Shown piece after piece: positions 1 to 27,861 of a stretch of DNA of 64,000 nt (position 1 is its first letter; every line of letters begins with the position of its first letter). A model generated the notes under the pieces. The model had not been told where the DNA came from, ran no database searches, and worked only from the letters and a program-made list of their open reading frames with translations. Position numbers and translations under genes: made by a program. The stretch comes from the human T2T-CHM13v2.0 reference genome, Homo sapiens. The stretch lies in NCBI RefSeq assembly GCF_009914755.1, contig NC_060931.1; one strand, written 5' to 3'.

Positions 1-272
<272 letters not shown>

Positions 273-729
273 CTATTGTTTTTCTTTAAAAAATAAAAAT
301 TAAAAATAGATGTAGATGCTATGTTGCTGAGGCCGGCCTCAAACTCCTGGCCTCAGGTGATCCTCCTGCCATGACCTCCAAAACTGCAGGGATTGTAGGT
401 GTGAGCACTGCACCCAGCCTTATGTTTTTTTCTACATAAAAAACAGCACAGGATTATCTTCCAGAGCTAATAAATATGTTCAAATAACCACAGCCCCATT
501 AAGGAAAAATATCACTGGGCAGCAAATAATCAATCCAGACCAATATGATCACAGTTGCTGTGAAGGTGAGAAAAGTTCATTTTTATTATGTTTCCCCAAG
601 ACACGCACTCTATTGTTCTCTTGAAAACACACAGCTCATGTCCTCCTTTAGAACACACATCCTCTTTAAAGTAACATACAAAGATGCCAAAACAAGGTAA
701 AAAATTACATCTGAATTCTCACATTTCAA

Positions 730-2037
730 ACATATATGAAATATCAAATAAAAATTTATTTTTACAAGAATTTAGGGGAACTACTACATAGCTATAAATG
801 TAATATATATGTTAACTAAGTATCACAGATAAAAACCATGCTCCCTTCAGCAGCACGTGTAATAATAGATACAAAGATTGAAAGGTAAAAGATTTAGGAT
901 GAAAAGAATCCTCTCTTAAAAAGGAAAACAAAATTATATGTATGTGTATATAACAGTTATAACACCCATCACACAGCTTTATAGAAACAGCATCTATTCA
1001 AAAATACCAGTATTTCCAAAATATTTAAAATAATATTTAAAGTAATAATAATATTTAAATAAATAAATATATTTAATAAATATTTCAATAAATAAAATAA
1101 TATTTAAATAATTCTATACCCATGTTTTTCAAAATAAACCAATAAATTAGATAGTATGTATTAGACGTGTTAGTATATATATCTGAGACATGTTAAAAAT
1201 CACAACTGAATTCTCACAATTCAGTCACAAACCTAAACAGCAAATAAAAATTTCTATCACCAGAATTATGTTTTTTTGTGGTGGGGAACTACCAATAGCT
1301 ATAAATAGAAGAGATTTTTATGGAAGTATCATAGATAAAAAGAGTGCTCGCTTCAGGAGCGCATATAATAATACAGAAAGAAATTTAAAGATAATAAAAT
1401 ATTTAGGATAAAAAGAATTGTCTCTTAAAAATGAAAAGAAAATTATCTTTATGTATATATAACAACTATAACTCTCATCAAAAAACTACAGGAACAGCAT
1501 GTTTTCAAAAGTACAACAATTTCCAAACTATTTGAAATAAATCTATGAATAATTCAATGGCCAACATTTCCAAACAAACCAATAAAATGCAGAGTGTGCA
1601 TGAAGCTATCTGTTACAATCTGTGGCACTGATATTTCACAAAAGAATTCTGTGCCAATCTGAGCCCCTGCATTGTGCCTTCAAATGCTCCTGGACTGTGG
1701 CAACCAAGTCTGTAAGAAACAGGACCTCCAGGTTCCGGCCCAGGGAGGTTGGAATTCAGCAATATAGAAAGGGTGGTGGTGCCGCAGGAAAGGGTGGAAC
1801 TGGAAACACTCCTGGTTTCTTACTTTTCTCCAAGGACTCCTAGAAGGACCCCACCCCCCTCCCCCCACCCCTGCTCCCAGGAGGACAACGTGATCACTGT
1901 ATTCAGCTCCATCAAGAATGGTCCAGGTTCTTCTAGATGATCTGCACAAATGGTTCCTCTCCTCTTTCCTGTTGTCTGCCATTAGCATTGGAATAAAGTT
2001 CCTGCTGAAAATCCACATCTCCCCTGGGTCCGGTGTT
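730..2037 (-). other. SPDYE16: SPDYE terminal exon / 3'UTR with AATAAA at 760-755
   Basis: Strong acceptor tctctctcacttccag before 2037; minus-strand AATAAA (plus tttatt 755-760); AU-rich tract 1020-1110. The 3' end is inferred. Confidence 0.6.
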
Positions 2038-2603
2038 CTGGAAGTGAGAGAGACAATGTCACACTTGAAGGAGGCAGCTCTCTAGACAGGAAGGTTATTC
2101 ACGTCCCATGTCAAGTCTAGAGTTCAGAGCAATTGAGAAATGCAATTTTATCTGCTGCCTTTCATTCTATACCCTGCTTCTGAACCATCGTGTTCAACTG
2201 TGAAACTCACACTTTGGTGACCACGACTCCAAAACTCACTTAATACACCCAAGGTCAGCCCCAGTGATCTGCTTCATAGCAAGGACTTTGGGTGGGTCTG
2301 CCCAGGGAGTAGGGCACCCTCAGAGAATGTGGCTTTGGACTTCATCACAGCTGGGGCCTTTTGTGTCACTTAAGATCTAAACTTGTAACCATGCTAGATG
2401 TGTTTCTAATGTGACAACATCACGAACCACGAGTCCAGAAGCCTAATCCTTAATCCTACCTCCTCATGATGAAGTCTCATGCTCTGTGCTCACCGTGGTT
2501 AGCTGCACAAGATGTAAACCAAAGCTTCACTGAACCCTCGACCCAAATCGGTAACTCAAGTGCGTCAATCATAATGAACCTCCCCAAACTCAGTATTTAT
2601 GAT

Positions 2604-2810
2604 TATTTTTGAGGCAGGGTCTCACTCTGTCGCCCAGACTGGAGTGCAGTGGCAGGATCAGGGCTCCGTGCAGCCCTGACCTTCCAGGCTCCAGCGATCC
2701 TCCCGCCTCAGCCTCCTGAGTAGTTGGGAGTAGAGATGCGTCCCACATCGCCTGGCTAATTTTTGTATTTTTGTGGAGAGGGGATCTCGCCACGTTGCCC
2801 AGGCTTGAAG
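2604..2810 (-). mobile_element. AluJ fragment
   Basis: Alu right-arm match. Confidence 0.85.
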
Positions 2811-2935
2811 CCGGATCAAGCAATTGGGTTCCTCGGATTTCCAAAATAGACCCCAATATTCTGCCTTTACCCCGGAGGATGCAGATGTACCTTCTCTCAG
2901 GCCGATGACCTCAGGCCTCCACGGTCCCTGGAGCT

Positions 2936-10700
<7,765 letters not shown>

Positions 10701-11184
10701 GGCCTTCTTCTGGACACTGCTAGGATCCAGAAGAGTATGTTATCAATTCTCAAGCCTAGGAGAAGTCAGGAGTGGAGAACAGCTCTGAGAAGATACTGTT
10801 GTCCAACTGATCTCCAGGCACCACGGAGTCCGGTCCCTCCAATCAGGAAGGTCGGAATCTCTGATGTCATCGTTCATGCCAACCTGGCAACCAGTTTGAA
10901 AAAAAACACATGTAACTGCCAGGCTGATCTCTTGTCCTGGAGATCCTGGGTGAATGGTATCTCCTGCCACTGTCCCAACCTCAGACCATTGTCCAAAAGC
11001 ATCTTCAGGGACTCCACATCCCTCTGTTCCCTGTCCCAGCAGAGGCTGTGTCCTCTCCACTCAAAGCCTGAAGCATGTTGGGGTCTCTTCATCTCTGTAC
11101 ATGCCCATTTCAGAGTCCAGTCTGGTGGGAGAGGGAACAGAGTGGGAAAGAAAACTAGGGTAAGCAGAAACGATGAAACCTTAT

Positions 11185-11357
11185 AAGAGTGAGATTATCA
11201 TGTACAAGAGTGAGATTATCATGTACAAGAGTGAGATTATCATGTACAAGAGTGAGATTATCATGTACAAGAGTGAGATTATCACGTACAAGAGTGAGAT
11301 TATCACGTACAAGAGTGAGATTATCATGTACAAGAGTGAGATTATCATGTACAAGAG
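11185..11357. repeat. 21-bp minisatellite (AAGAGTGAGATTATCATGTAC)x8
   Basis: Eight full units read directly; units 5 and 6 carry CATG>CACG. Confidence 0.97.
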
Positions 11358-11753
11358 ATCCCAGGAATACTGACTTGATGAAAAAGTCACATCAGAGCAC
11401 TCAGTTTGGCAGAGCTTTTCTGCCGAATGTTTACTCACATTCACTGTCCGAGATTCTATACTGGGGGTACACACGTCCTCTGCCCTAAGGCAATTTTGAG
11501 TCCAAGAGACATTTTGAGGCCTAAAGATCATAGGAAACTGCCCCTGAGCTCACACATATTTCCAATGGTGTCCCCAATTTCAGGGAATCCATGGATTACC
11601 TAAGCCAGCCCCTCCAGTTCGGCTAAGAAACTCTAGTCTATATATCAAGTTTTGTATCATATGTATTGCTCTGAACTCAGAAATTTCCCTTCCATTTATG
11701 GATTCTATGAATAAAATATCACATGTACAAAAAGACTAAGTCGAAAAATTTCA

Positions 11754-13460
<1,707 letters not shown>

Positions 13461-13984
13461 CCTTCACTCCCCAAAAAAAGGGATTTGCAAATACCAGCCT
13501 TTCAGCATGAGGATCACATGGAGGAACATTAAGATACAGATGCTGGGACCCAGCCCTATTGATTGTAATTCAAAAACTGAGGTGGGGCCTGATTTAGCTC
13601 CATCATTGGAATCCATTCCGATTTGAAACTCTCTGGGTTGGACAGTTCAAGAGAGATCCTAAAGAAAGCAAAATCACTATGGACTGAAATGAGCAGACAA
13701 GGTTTTCTGAGCATGGTGAAATATGATCTGGGCCTCGCTTGGGAGGGCTGTGGCCAGGCCTTGAGTCCTTGGCTCAGTGGGACCTTCTGAAACAGCCTCC
13801 AAGCTGCACCCCTGCTTCCTTTGCTTTTGGATGACTCCCTCCAGCAGCTTTGGTGCTGATGGGAATAAGTCGACCTGCAGCAGAAGTTCAGCCCAAGTCT
13901 CAGCCCAGCAGCCTCCCCAAACCTGGCCAGGGTCTGGTCATGCTGCCGTCTCTGCGGTTCTCTGTGGAGTTGTGGTTTCTGTAC

Positions 13985-16375
<2,391 letters not shown>

Positions 16376-16475
16376 TTTTATGAAACAACTGGGCAAGAAC
16401 ACTGTTAGATTTCACCAAAAAATTGTGATGAATCATTGTCTTTATGATCCCATTTTTGAAAATTGACATTTTAAT

Positions 16476-17683
<1,208 letters not shown>

Positions 17684-17801
17684 TAACCTAACCCTAAACA
17701 TAATCCTCCTGGGGAAGGTAAGATCACAGGTATCTCTTCTTCGTTCAGTTTGTATGTGTATGTCCTTATTTCTCTACAGTTTTTAGGCATTCGCTGTGTG
17801 A

Positions 17802-18233
<432 letters not shown>

Positions 18234-18399
18234 TAACCCAGAGGACTTGGGCTCCAGGACCCAGTAACGCAGCCCTGGACTTGACCCTAAAAGGGAGTAA
18301 AGACAAAGGTGAAGTTCAGTCCGGGGTTCAGGGCTGCCAAAGCTCATAGCCTGGAGCTTCTTAACCTTTAGGCGGGGTAGAGACATTTAAGACAGCCCC

Positions 18400-19400
18400 T
18401 AAACTTGGGGAGCGCGTAGGCTCATGGGAAACAGAGTCTGTTACTTGTCCTGGGACCGCGGTGGGTGTCCGGGGAGGCGGACTTCCGGTGCACTCCTGCG
18501 CGTGTGCACCTCTCCCTGCGTGCGTGTTCGCGCGTGCGTGCTCGCACATGCGCGCCACCTCCGCACTGCCCTCGCTTCCTGCGCCTGTTCAGGTCATCGC
18601 TTGCTCTGGTTCCCAGGCTTTGGCCTCTAGTGGACGAGAATCACCGAGTCTGCGGGGCTAGACGCTGACCGCCCGGGCCAGCACCTAGGCGGGCGGGAGC
18701 TGTGCGGCCCAGGGTTCGCGCGGGCCGGGTAGAGGCTCGAGCCAGGACCCCCGAGCGTGAACCCCGGAGCCGGCGGCGCTGGGGCCAGAGGGGCCGGGCG
18801 GGAGGTGATGGCGGAGGCGAAGGGGCGACGGGACCTGGGCCTGGCCCGTGTGTGTCCTCAGAGGCCTGGCGCCGGCCGTCGCTGTACGGTGAGCCCCAGG
18901 GAGGCGGATCTGGGCCCCGAGAAGGACACCCACCTGGATTTGCCCCATAGGCCCGGCCCGGGCCCCTCGGGAGCAGAACAGCCTTGGTGAGGTGGACAGG
19001 AGGGGACCTCGTGAGCAGACGCGTGCGCCAGCGACAGCAGCCCGCCCCGGCCTCTCAGGAGCCGTGGGGCAGAGGCTGCGGAGCCCCAGGAGGGTAAGTC
19101 TTGGGTTTTTGGGCCCGGAGCGAGAAGGGCCTGGGTGAAGTCACCGTGTTTTGGGGACCTTAGAGTGTGGGGCAGAGGGAGGGTCCCGATTGCTTGCCGG
19201 AGAGACATGTGTTGGGTTCGAGGGCAGGGTCCGGCTGCACCGAACAGGCGCTGCATGGGAAGATCTGGGAGGACGAGGCTTAGGGAGGCGTGGAGGGTGT
19301 CACCACCCTCAGCTGCGGACGTCGTCTCCACTCCCCGCTAACCCCTAACAGTCCTTCCTCCTCCTCTCCGTGCTCCAGATTTCGACCGCCTCTAAATGTC
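18400..19400 (+). promoter_or_regulatory. CpG-island promoter (housekeeping type, RBAK-like)
   Basis: High GC and CpG density; ETS/GABP ACTTCCGG at 18481-18488, GC box, NRF1-like GCACATGCGC at ~18544; donors G|gtgagc (18888/9) and GG|gtaagt (19093/4). Confidence 0.88.
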
Positions 19401-20753
19401 CGTCAGCACTTCTATTCTCTCACTTAAGTGTCTGCTGATCCCCCCCTTAGATCTGCCCTGGGAGAATCGTAGTAATGCAGGAACAGTCTGCAGGGATTCT
19501 CTCCTGCTGCCTCAGTTGCTAGGGGAAGAGACTGGGCCTTAGCAGGTGGGTGACTTGACCAGGTCACCGGCTTTGTGGGTAGAGCTGCTCATAGTAGAAC
19601 CCAGGAGACTTATCTCCCAGGCCAGTGTTATTTATCCCGTATCCTAGTTTTCTTAATAGAAGATTATTAGGTGCCACAATAACTAAGTTCAGTTAGATAA
19701 TTTAGAAACAAAACCATATTTTATACACATTCATTTCATTTCTGAGAGCTCACCTACTCAATTCCTATGGCCTATTTTATTTTAGGCAGTTTAAAGAGAC
19801 AATAAGAAAATGCGGGCGGGATGCAGTGGCTCACACCTGTAATCCGAGCACTTTGCGGGGCTAGGGCAAGAGTATCCCTTGAGACCAGGAGTTAGAGACC
19901 AGCCTAGACAACATGGGGACACCCTGACTACAAAAAATACAAAAGTCGCCAGGCATGCTGGGATGCATCTGTGGTCCCAGCTACTCAGGAGGCTGAAGTG
20001 GGAGGATGGATGGAGCCCAGGAGGTCGAGGCTGCAGAGAGCCGTGAATGCACCACTGCACTCCAGCCTGGGTGGCAGATTGAGACCCTGTCTCAACCAAC
20101 AAACCACAAAAAACATGAGCCGTATAATGGGAATTTTTTTTCTTTTTGCACCTTGTATTTGATGATGGCAGACTATTTGTAAAAGGAGTCGTGTTACCCA
20201 TGAGAGTCTAACTCATCTAATTACTACCTGATTATCTTAGAGTTACAGGCGCATGCTTCCCCTATCACTTTTTTTTTTTTTTTTTTTTGAGACAGTGTCT
20301 CTCACCCAGTCTGGAATGCAACAGCGTGGTCTCGGCTCACTGCAACTTCCACCTCCCAGGTTCAAAGGATTCTCGTGCCTCAGCCTCCTGAGTAGCTGGG
20401 ACTACAGGCATGTGACACTATGCCTGGCTAATTTTTTTTGTTATTTTTAAGTAGAGACGGGGTTTTGCCATGTTGGCCCAGGCAGGCGGATCACTTGAGG
20501 CCAGAATTTGAGACCAGCCTGGCCAACATGGCGAAACCCTGTATCACTCTTTTAGACCCTTCTGAGTGTTTGCAGGTTGAGTGTTCACAGGGTGTTAGCC
20601 TATTGAGCTTTCTTTTGCGGTTCTTATGCAGGTGATTTCTGCCTTTGCAGGCCGGAGCCCTCATGACTTCAGTGACCTGCTTCTGCCCCTCTAGGTCTAT
20701 CAGCCACAGTCTCTGCAAGTTTCCAAGAGCAGCAGAAAATGAACACATTGCAG
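18560..20753 (+). ncRNA. LINC03009: Probable 5' exons of a chimeric lncRNA driven by the captured CpG promoter
   Basis: Intact promoter and splice donors point into the right-hand block. The name rests only on the recalled arrangement next to SPDYE16; downstream exons are not established. Confidence 0.4.
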
Positions 20754-20820
20754 GTGAGTTTTCCTGCTTGTGTATATGTTCCTCAATTTTATTTTATGAT
20801 GCATTTTAAGAGGTTTGTAA

Positions 20821-20955
<135 letters not shown>

Positions 20956-20998
20956 TGAGTAGCAGGGATTACAGGCGTGCGCCACCATGCCCAGCTAA

Positions 20999-21145
<147 letters not shown>

Positions 21146-21321
21146 TAAAATGGGAATGTGGAAATAGACATTATCCTGTAAAATATAGTTAGTGTGGCAG
21201 ATCAGCACCAAAAATGATTTGTGAAGCTTGTATGTTTGGGTAGTATATTTTAAGGCTGTTGAAATTGAGCCGCACCTAGGACTGATATTCTTGGCAGTCA
21301 TCACAAAAGGAAAGTGCCATC

Positions 21322-21580
21322 TGTATTAGTCCATTCTCACACTGCTATAGAGAAATAACCAAGACTGGGTAATTTATAAAGTAAAGAGGTTTAATTGGCT
21401 CACGTCTGCAGGCTCTATCATAGGAAGCATGGCTGAGGAGGCCTCAGGAAACTTACAGTCAGGTGAAAGGTGAAGGGAAAGCGGGCGCATCTTCCATCAC
21501 CAGAGCAGGAGGAAGAGGGAACACTGGGGATTACAATTGAACATGAGATTTGGGAGGCAACACACACCGAAACCATATCA
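21322..21580 (-). mobile_element. MST-type MaLR solo LTR, internally deleted
   Basis: TGTATTAGTCC...ACCATATCA termini; perfect 5-bp TSD CCATC. Confidence 0.85.
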
Positions 21581-21889
21581 CCATCCATGACATCGTTTGC
21601 ATTGATTATAAGGAGAAACCAGTTTTGTTACTTGTGGATTTAAAAGATTTTCTGGGACTTGGAAAAATTTCTTCATTCAAGTTGGTGTAATTGTGGATAG
21701 CTTTCCTAACAACAACCATTAATTACTGTAACTTATGGCTTATTCTTGGTGCTTATGTAAGCAGAGGGCCTGCTGCCCAAGGAGAACTTGGTGCATATAA
21801 TTTTTCCAGGGACGGAAATATCGTGATCCAAGTAAACAATTCTGTTTTTACTGTTGAGTCCTAGATCATGGGGGGAATGAATGACGTGA

Positions 21890-22327
<438 letters not shown>

Positions 22328-23646
22328 TGAATATTTCCATTAAAGAGTTTATTTAAAAGAATTTTTAAATCTTCTCATTATGTCTTAACAGCATGATATC
22401 ATACTCTACTTTTTGACTTCTCCATTTGATATGGAATAAAATTGCATCATATGGCCAAGGCATATACACTTAAAGTCTTCAATTTAGAAGCTTTCCAGAG
22501 TCAAACTGAGTCAATCTCTGCTTTAGAAGTCTCCCACAAAAAGGATCCTACATAAATTACTGTGTGTTTAAAGGTTTCTGATTTTAATCTAATAACTGAA
22601 ATATCAAACTATATTTTAATTCAGGCATTTGGGCATCACTACCAGGTGTTCTCATCAGATTTAGGAACCCTGCAGCAAGATTTATCAGTGTCAAAATGCT
22701 AAAATCCTAAATTTAGTGCCAGAATCCCTCTCAAATGGCATTTATATTTTGATAGCTTAACCTACTTTGAATCCCCTGAGCATCTTGTCTGTTTTTATTA
22801 GTAGATTTTGCTGATCTTTTTTAACTTTTCAAAGGCTCTTTAAATTATCCTGAAGTCATATATTTACCATGAGAAAGCAGGTGTCTTTTTAGAGTGTAGA
22901 TGCTTAAGTCGCTCATAAAATTAATTTCCTCGGGTTAGGAGAACATTTTGAAACTCTAATTTGAAAAACTCTAATCTGGCTTCTAAAAACACTGTATCAG
23001 TATTCAGAAATAATAAAAATGGAAACATAACAACATAATAAATTTAATTTAACCTAGCATAGCAAAAGAGTAGGGCATTTTTGCATAATCAGCTAGATAG
23101 TTTTCAGAGGCAAACACAGAGCAGTGGAGACTTTGTTTGGAGACAGCCATTGTTTCAAGAAATGGGTGTTGCCTTGATGAAGCTACCCTTGCTTGTCACT
23201 GCAGATCCGTCTCCTGCTATCACCAGCTCTGTGTAACATTGCCTATGCTGTGGACACACAGAGATACTTGACAGTCAGTGGATGAACTCAATAAATGTTA
23301 TTATTTTTAAATACACAGCTTACTAAACAGATAAATAATCTTAAAATTGAGACTGTTCCAGAAACCAGAATGCATTTTCTTCATACTCATAGCTTTTGTG
23401 GTTTACATACATTTATATAATTAGAATGCAATAAAATACATTAAACAGTAAAATAATACTCTATATAATTTAATCTCTGGGGATCCAGAAGGCACTTTAA
23501 GCTATTACAGTTTCTCAGAGTCAATGTTATGTACTTTATAATTTTTTATTCTACTGGTAAAACATGGTGATATTGATTAACAGATATTTTAGTAGATATA
23601 ATATTTTATAAACTGATTTTATTATGTCTTGTTAATATTGGGATAA

Positions 23647-24154
<508 letters not shown>

Positions 24155-24829
24155 TAGTCTCGAAACCTCAAAGTATCAGTGTTATCCTTATTTTTTTTTC
24201 TCCTTCTCTGAATTTGCCTGATAGTCAAAACCTGTGCCTACTACCACTTAAAGGTTTTTTTTTTCATCTGTCTGACTAGATTGTCCACTGTCTCACCAAA
24301 TCTTGCTTTGACTAGTAATAATGGCAGTTGAGAGTACTGCCTATCACTTGACCAGACTAGCTAAATGCTGAACATTCATTATAATATTTAAATCTTTAAA
24401 CCAACCTTGATTTTTATTTTGATTTATGAGATGACTCTACCAAAGGTTAGATTCTGATTTTGGAGAGCTAGATCATAATAGAGTCAGAATTCTGTTCTTA
24501 ACTTCTACACTGTACTCCAACAACAGTCAAACTGTTACTTTCTCATTCAGGGTAAAATCCTGACCAAACCCATTACTGAAAACCTTCCTTTTTTATCTCA
24601 GCTCCCAGTCTCCACCCCATGTATCTGATACACCTGTGACAATGATCTTTTCTCCATATCTAGAAAATATCACCAACTTACAGTGCCATGTTATGGTATA
24701 GGCTCTTATTTCCACTTCCTTTCATCACAGTTCTATTTATTTCTCAATACACAGTTGAAGATCAGTTGAAATATCAATTTCAGCATAACTTCCCATACTT
24801 GGGCATAATTTAATAGCTTACCAGACAGT

Positions 24830-25070
24830 AGCATATAATGTAGTGACTTGGGAGCCAGACTTCCTGGGTTTGAATACGGGATGAAAATTCACCAGTCTTT
24901 TGACCTTGGGAAAGTTACTAAACCTTCCTATACACCAGTTTCCTCATCCGTGAAATGAGGCAAATTATAGCACCTACCTCTTAGGGTTGTTATAAACCTT
25001 AAATCAGTTAGTACAAGTAAAGGCCTTAGAACAGCACCTGGCACATTGTAAGAAATGTCTAAAGGTTCAT
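24830..25070 (+). mobile_element. MIR SINE (another at ~43310-43530)
   Basis: MIR core GACCTTGGGAAAGTTACT...CAGTTTCCTCATCCGTGAAATGAGG. Confidence 0.7.
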
Positions 25071-25307
25071 TGCTATCATTTATTCATTTCCACATCTCAT
25101 TCCTAAAATAAAAGGTGTTATAAAATTGCCAGTATAATTAGAAAAAAAATGGGAAAATGTGTTAAAGAAAAATTATAAACAAAATTGAAGAAAATGTAGA
25201 ATAATACATATATATCTTAGGAGGAAAGCTCTTAAGCATATAGAAAATTAAGAAACTATGAAACAAGATTAACATAGTTGACTATACACAAACTTTAATT
25301 GCTAATA

Positions 25308-27861
25308 CAGGCATACTTTGTTTTATGCTTTGCTTTATTGCACTTCACAGAATTTTTTTAGAAATTGAAGTTTTGTGGCAAGCTTGCATCAAGCAAGTCC
25401 ATCAGCACCATTTTCCCAAAAGCCTGTGCTCACTTTCTGTCTCTGTGTCATATTTGGTAATTCTCACAGTATTTCAAACTTTTAAATTATTATTATATCT
25501 GTTATGGTGTTCTGTGGTCAGTGATTTTCCATGTTACTATGGTAATTGCTTTGAGGCATCACAACTCATGCCCATATAAGATGGCAAACTTAATTGATAA
25601 ATGTGTATGTTCTGACTACTCCAAAGACTGGCCATTCCCCATCTTCCTTCCCCTCCTCAGGCCACCCTACTGCCTAAGACACAACAATATGGAAACTAGG
25701 TCAATTAATAATCCTCCATGGCCCTCTAAATGTTCAAGTGAAAAGACTAATGAAGAAGGCATGTTGAAAGTTGAGATAGGCTAAAAGCTAGGCCTCTTGT
25801 GCCAAACATTTAGCAAAGATATGAATGCAGAGAAAAAATTCTTGAAGGAAATTAAAAGTGCTACTCCAATGAACACATCAATGATAAGGAAGCAAAACAG
25901 GCTTATTCATGATATGGAGAAAGTTTTAGTGATCCGGATAGAATACCAAGCCAGCCACAACATTCTCCTAAGCCAAAGCCTAATCCAGAGCAAAGCCCTA
26001 ACTGTCTTCAATTCTGTGAAGGTTGAGAGAGGTGAGGAAGCTTCGGAAGAAAAGTTTGAAGCTAGCAGTGGTTGGCTCATAAGGTTTAAGAAAAGAAGCT
26101 GTATCTGTAATATAAAAGTGCAAGGTGAAACAGCAAGTGCTAGTGTAGAAGCAGGAGTGAGTTATCCAGAAGATCTAGCTAAGATAACTGATGAAGATGG
26201 CTACATTAAGCAACAGATTTTCAATGTAGACAAAACAACCTATATTGAAAGAAGATATCATCTAGGACTTTCATAGTAAGAGAGAAGTCAATGTCTGGTT
26301 TCAAAGCTTCAGAGGACAGGCTGATGTGATTCTTAGGGGCTAATGCAGCTAGTAACTTCTAATTGAAGCCAATACTTATTTGCCATTCCAAAATCCCTAT
26401 GACCCTTAAGAATTGTGCAAAATCTACTCTGCCTATGCTTTATAAATGGAATGACAAAGCCTAGATGATAGCACGGTATACAAATATTTTAGGCCCAGTG
26501 TTAAGACCTACTGCTCAGAAAAAAGATTTCTTTCAAAATATTATTGCACATTGACAATAACTTAATCACCCAAGAGCTCTGACGGAGAGGTACAGGGAGA
26601 TTAATGTTTTCATGCCTGCTAATAAAACATCAATTGTGCAGCCCATGGATCAAAGAGTAATTTTTACTTTCAAGTCTTATTATTTAAGAAATATATTTCA
26701 TAATGCTATATTTGCCATAGATAGTGATTTCCCCAATGGATCTGGGCAAGGTACATTGAAAGCCTTCTGGAAAGGGTTTACCATTCTAGAAGTAATTAAG
26801 AACATTTGTGATTCATGAGAACAGGTCAAAAATCAACATTAACAGAAATCTGGAAGAAGTTAATTCCAACCCTCATAGATTACTTTGAGGGGTTTTAGAT
26901 TTCAGTGGAGAAAGTCCCTGCAGATGTTGTGGAAATAGCAGGAGAACTAGAATTAGAAGTAAAGCCTGCCTGGGAGGGGAAGGACACGCACCGGAGCCTG
27001 TTAGGGGATGGGAAGTAATAGGAGGGAGAGTATTAGGACCAATACCTAATGCATGCGGGGCTTAAAACCTAGATGACAGGTTAATAGGTGCAGGAAACCA
27101 TCATGGCACATGTATACTTATGTAAACAATCCCACACTTTCTGCGCATGTATCCAGGAACTTAAAGTAAAATTAAAACAAAAAAAAAAAGAAGTAAAGCC
27201 TGAAGATGTGACTGAATCACTACAGTCTCATGATAAAACTTTAGCAAATAAGGAGTTGCTTCTTATGGATGAGCAAAGAAATAAGTTTATTGAAATGGAA
27301 TCTATTCCTGGTGAAGATGCTGTGAACATTATTGAAATGATAACAAAATTCTAGAATATTTGATAAACTTTATCAGCAGCATCAGAATTTGAAAAATTTG
27401 ACTTGAATTTTGAAAGAGGTTCTACTGTAGGTAAAATGCTATCAAACAGCATCACATGCTATGGAGAAATCTTTCATGAAAGGAAGAGTCAGTAGATGTG
27501 GCAGACTTCATTGTTGTCTTATTTTAGAAATTGCCACAGCCACCCCATCCTTCAGCAACCACCACCTTGATCAGTCAGTAGCTATCATTGTCAAGGCAAG
27601 GTCCTCCATCAGCAAACAGATTAAGACTGGCTTGAAAGCGAAAGTGATCATTAACATTTCTTAATAAAACATTTTCATTAAGGTATGCATTTTATTTTTT
27701 AGAAATAATACTATTACATAATTAATAGACTATAGTATAGCATAAACATAACTTTTATATGCACTGGAAAACCAAAAGAATCATGTGACCTGCTTTATTG
27801 TGATATTTGCTCTATTGCAGTGATCTGGATCCAAATTTGCAGCTTCTGCAAGGTATGCCTG
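25308..27861 (+). mobile_element. Tigger1 DNA transposon, near full length, decayed transposase
   Basis: TIRs CAGGCATAC...GTATGCCTG with TA on the left; ORF fragments with CENP-B-type HTH ([12 protein letters not shown]) and DDE region ([15 protein letters not shown]). Confidence 0.93.
26969..27188 (+). mobile_element. 5'-truncated L1PA 3' end (L1PA7-10-like) inserted in Tigger1
   Basis: L1 3'UTR plus polyA; 14-bp TSD AGAAGTAAAGCCTG at 26955-26968 and 27189-27202. Confidence 0.9.

Noticed and set aside
940-1460. Pumilio elements (TGTATATA) as in Xenopus RINGO 3'UTR control
   Set aside because: Motifs are on the plus strand, antisense to the SPDYE mRNA
11173-11531. Repetitive ORFs (YKSEIIM)n, (LLYMIIS)n, (RVRLSCT)n; superficially array-like
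   Set aside because: By-products of a 21-bp minisatellite; there are no spacers, so it is not CRISPR-like, and there is no coding evidence
18361-19348. GC-rich ORFs in the CpG island
   Set aside because: Low-complexity open frames expected at high GC; no recognisable domain
25797-27354. Possible domesticated Tigger transposase (TIGD-like) gene
   Set aside because: Multiple stops and frameshifts plus an L1 insertion; ordinary decayed Tigger1
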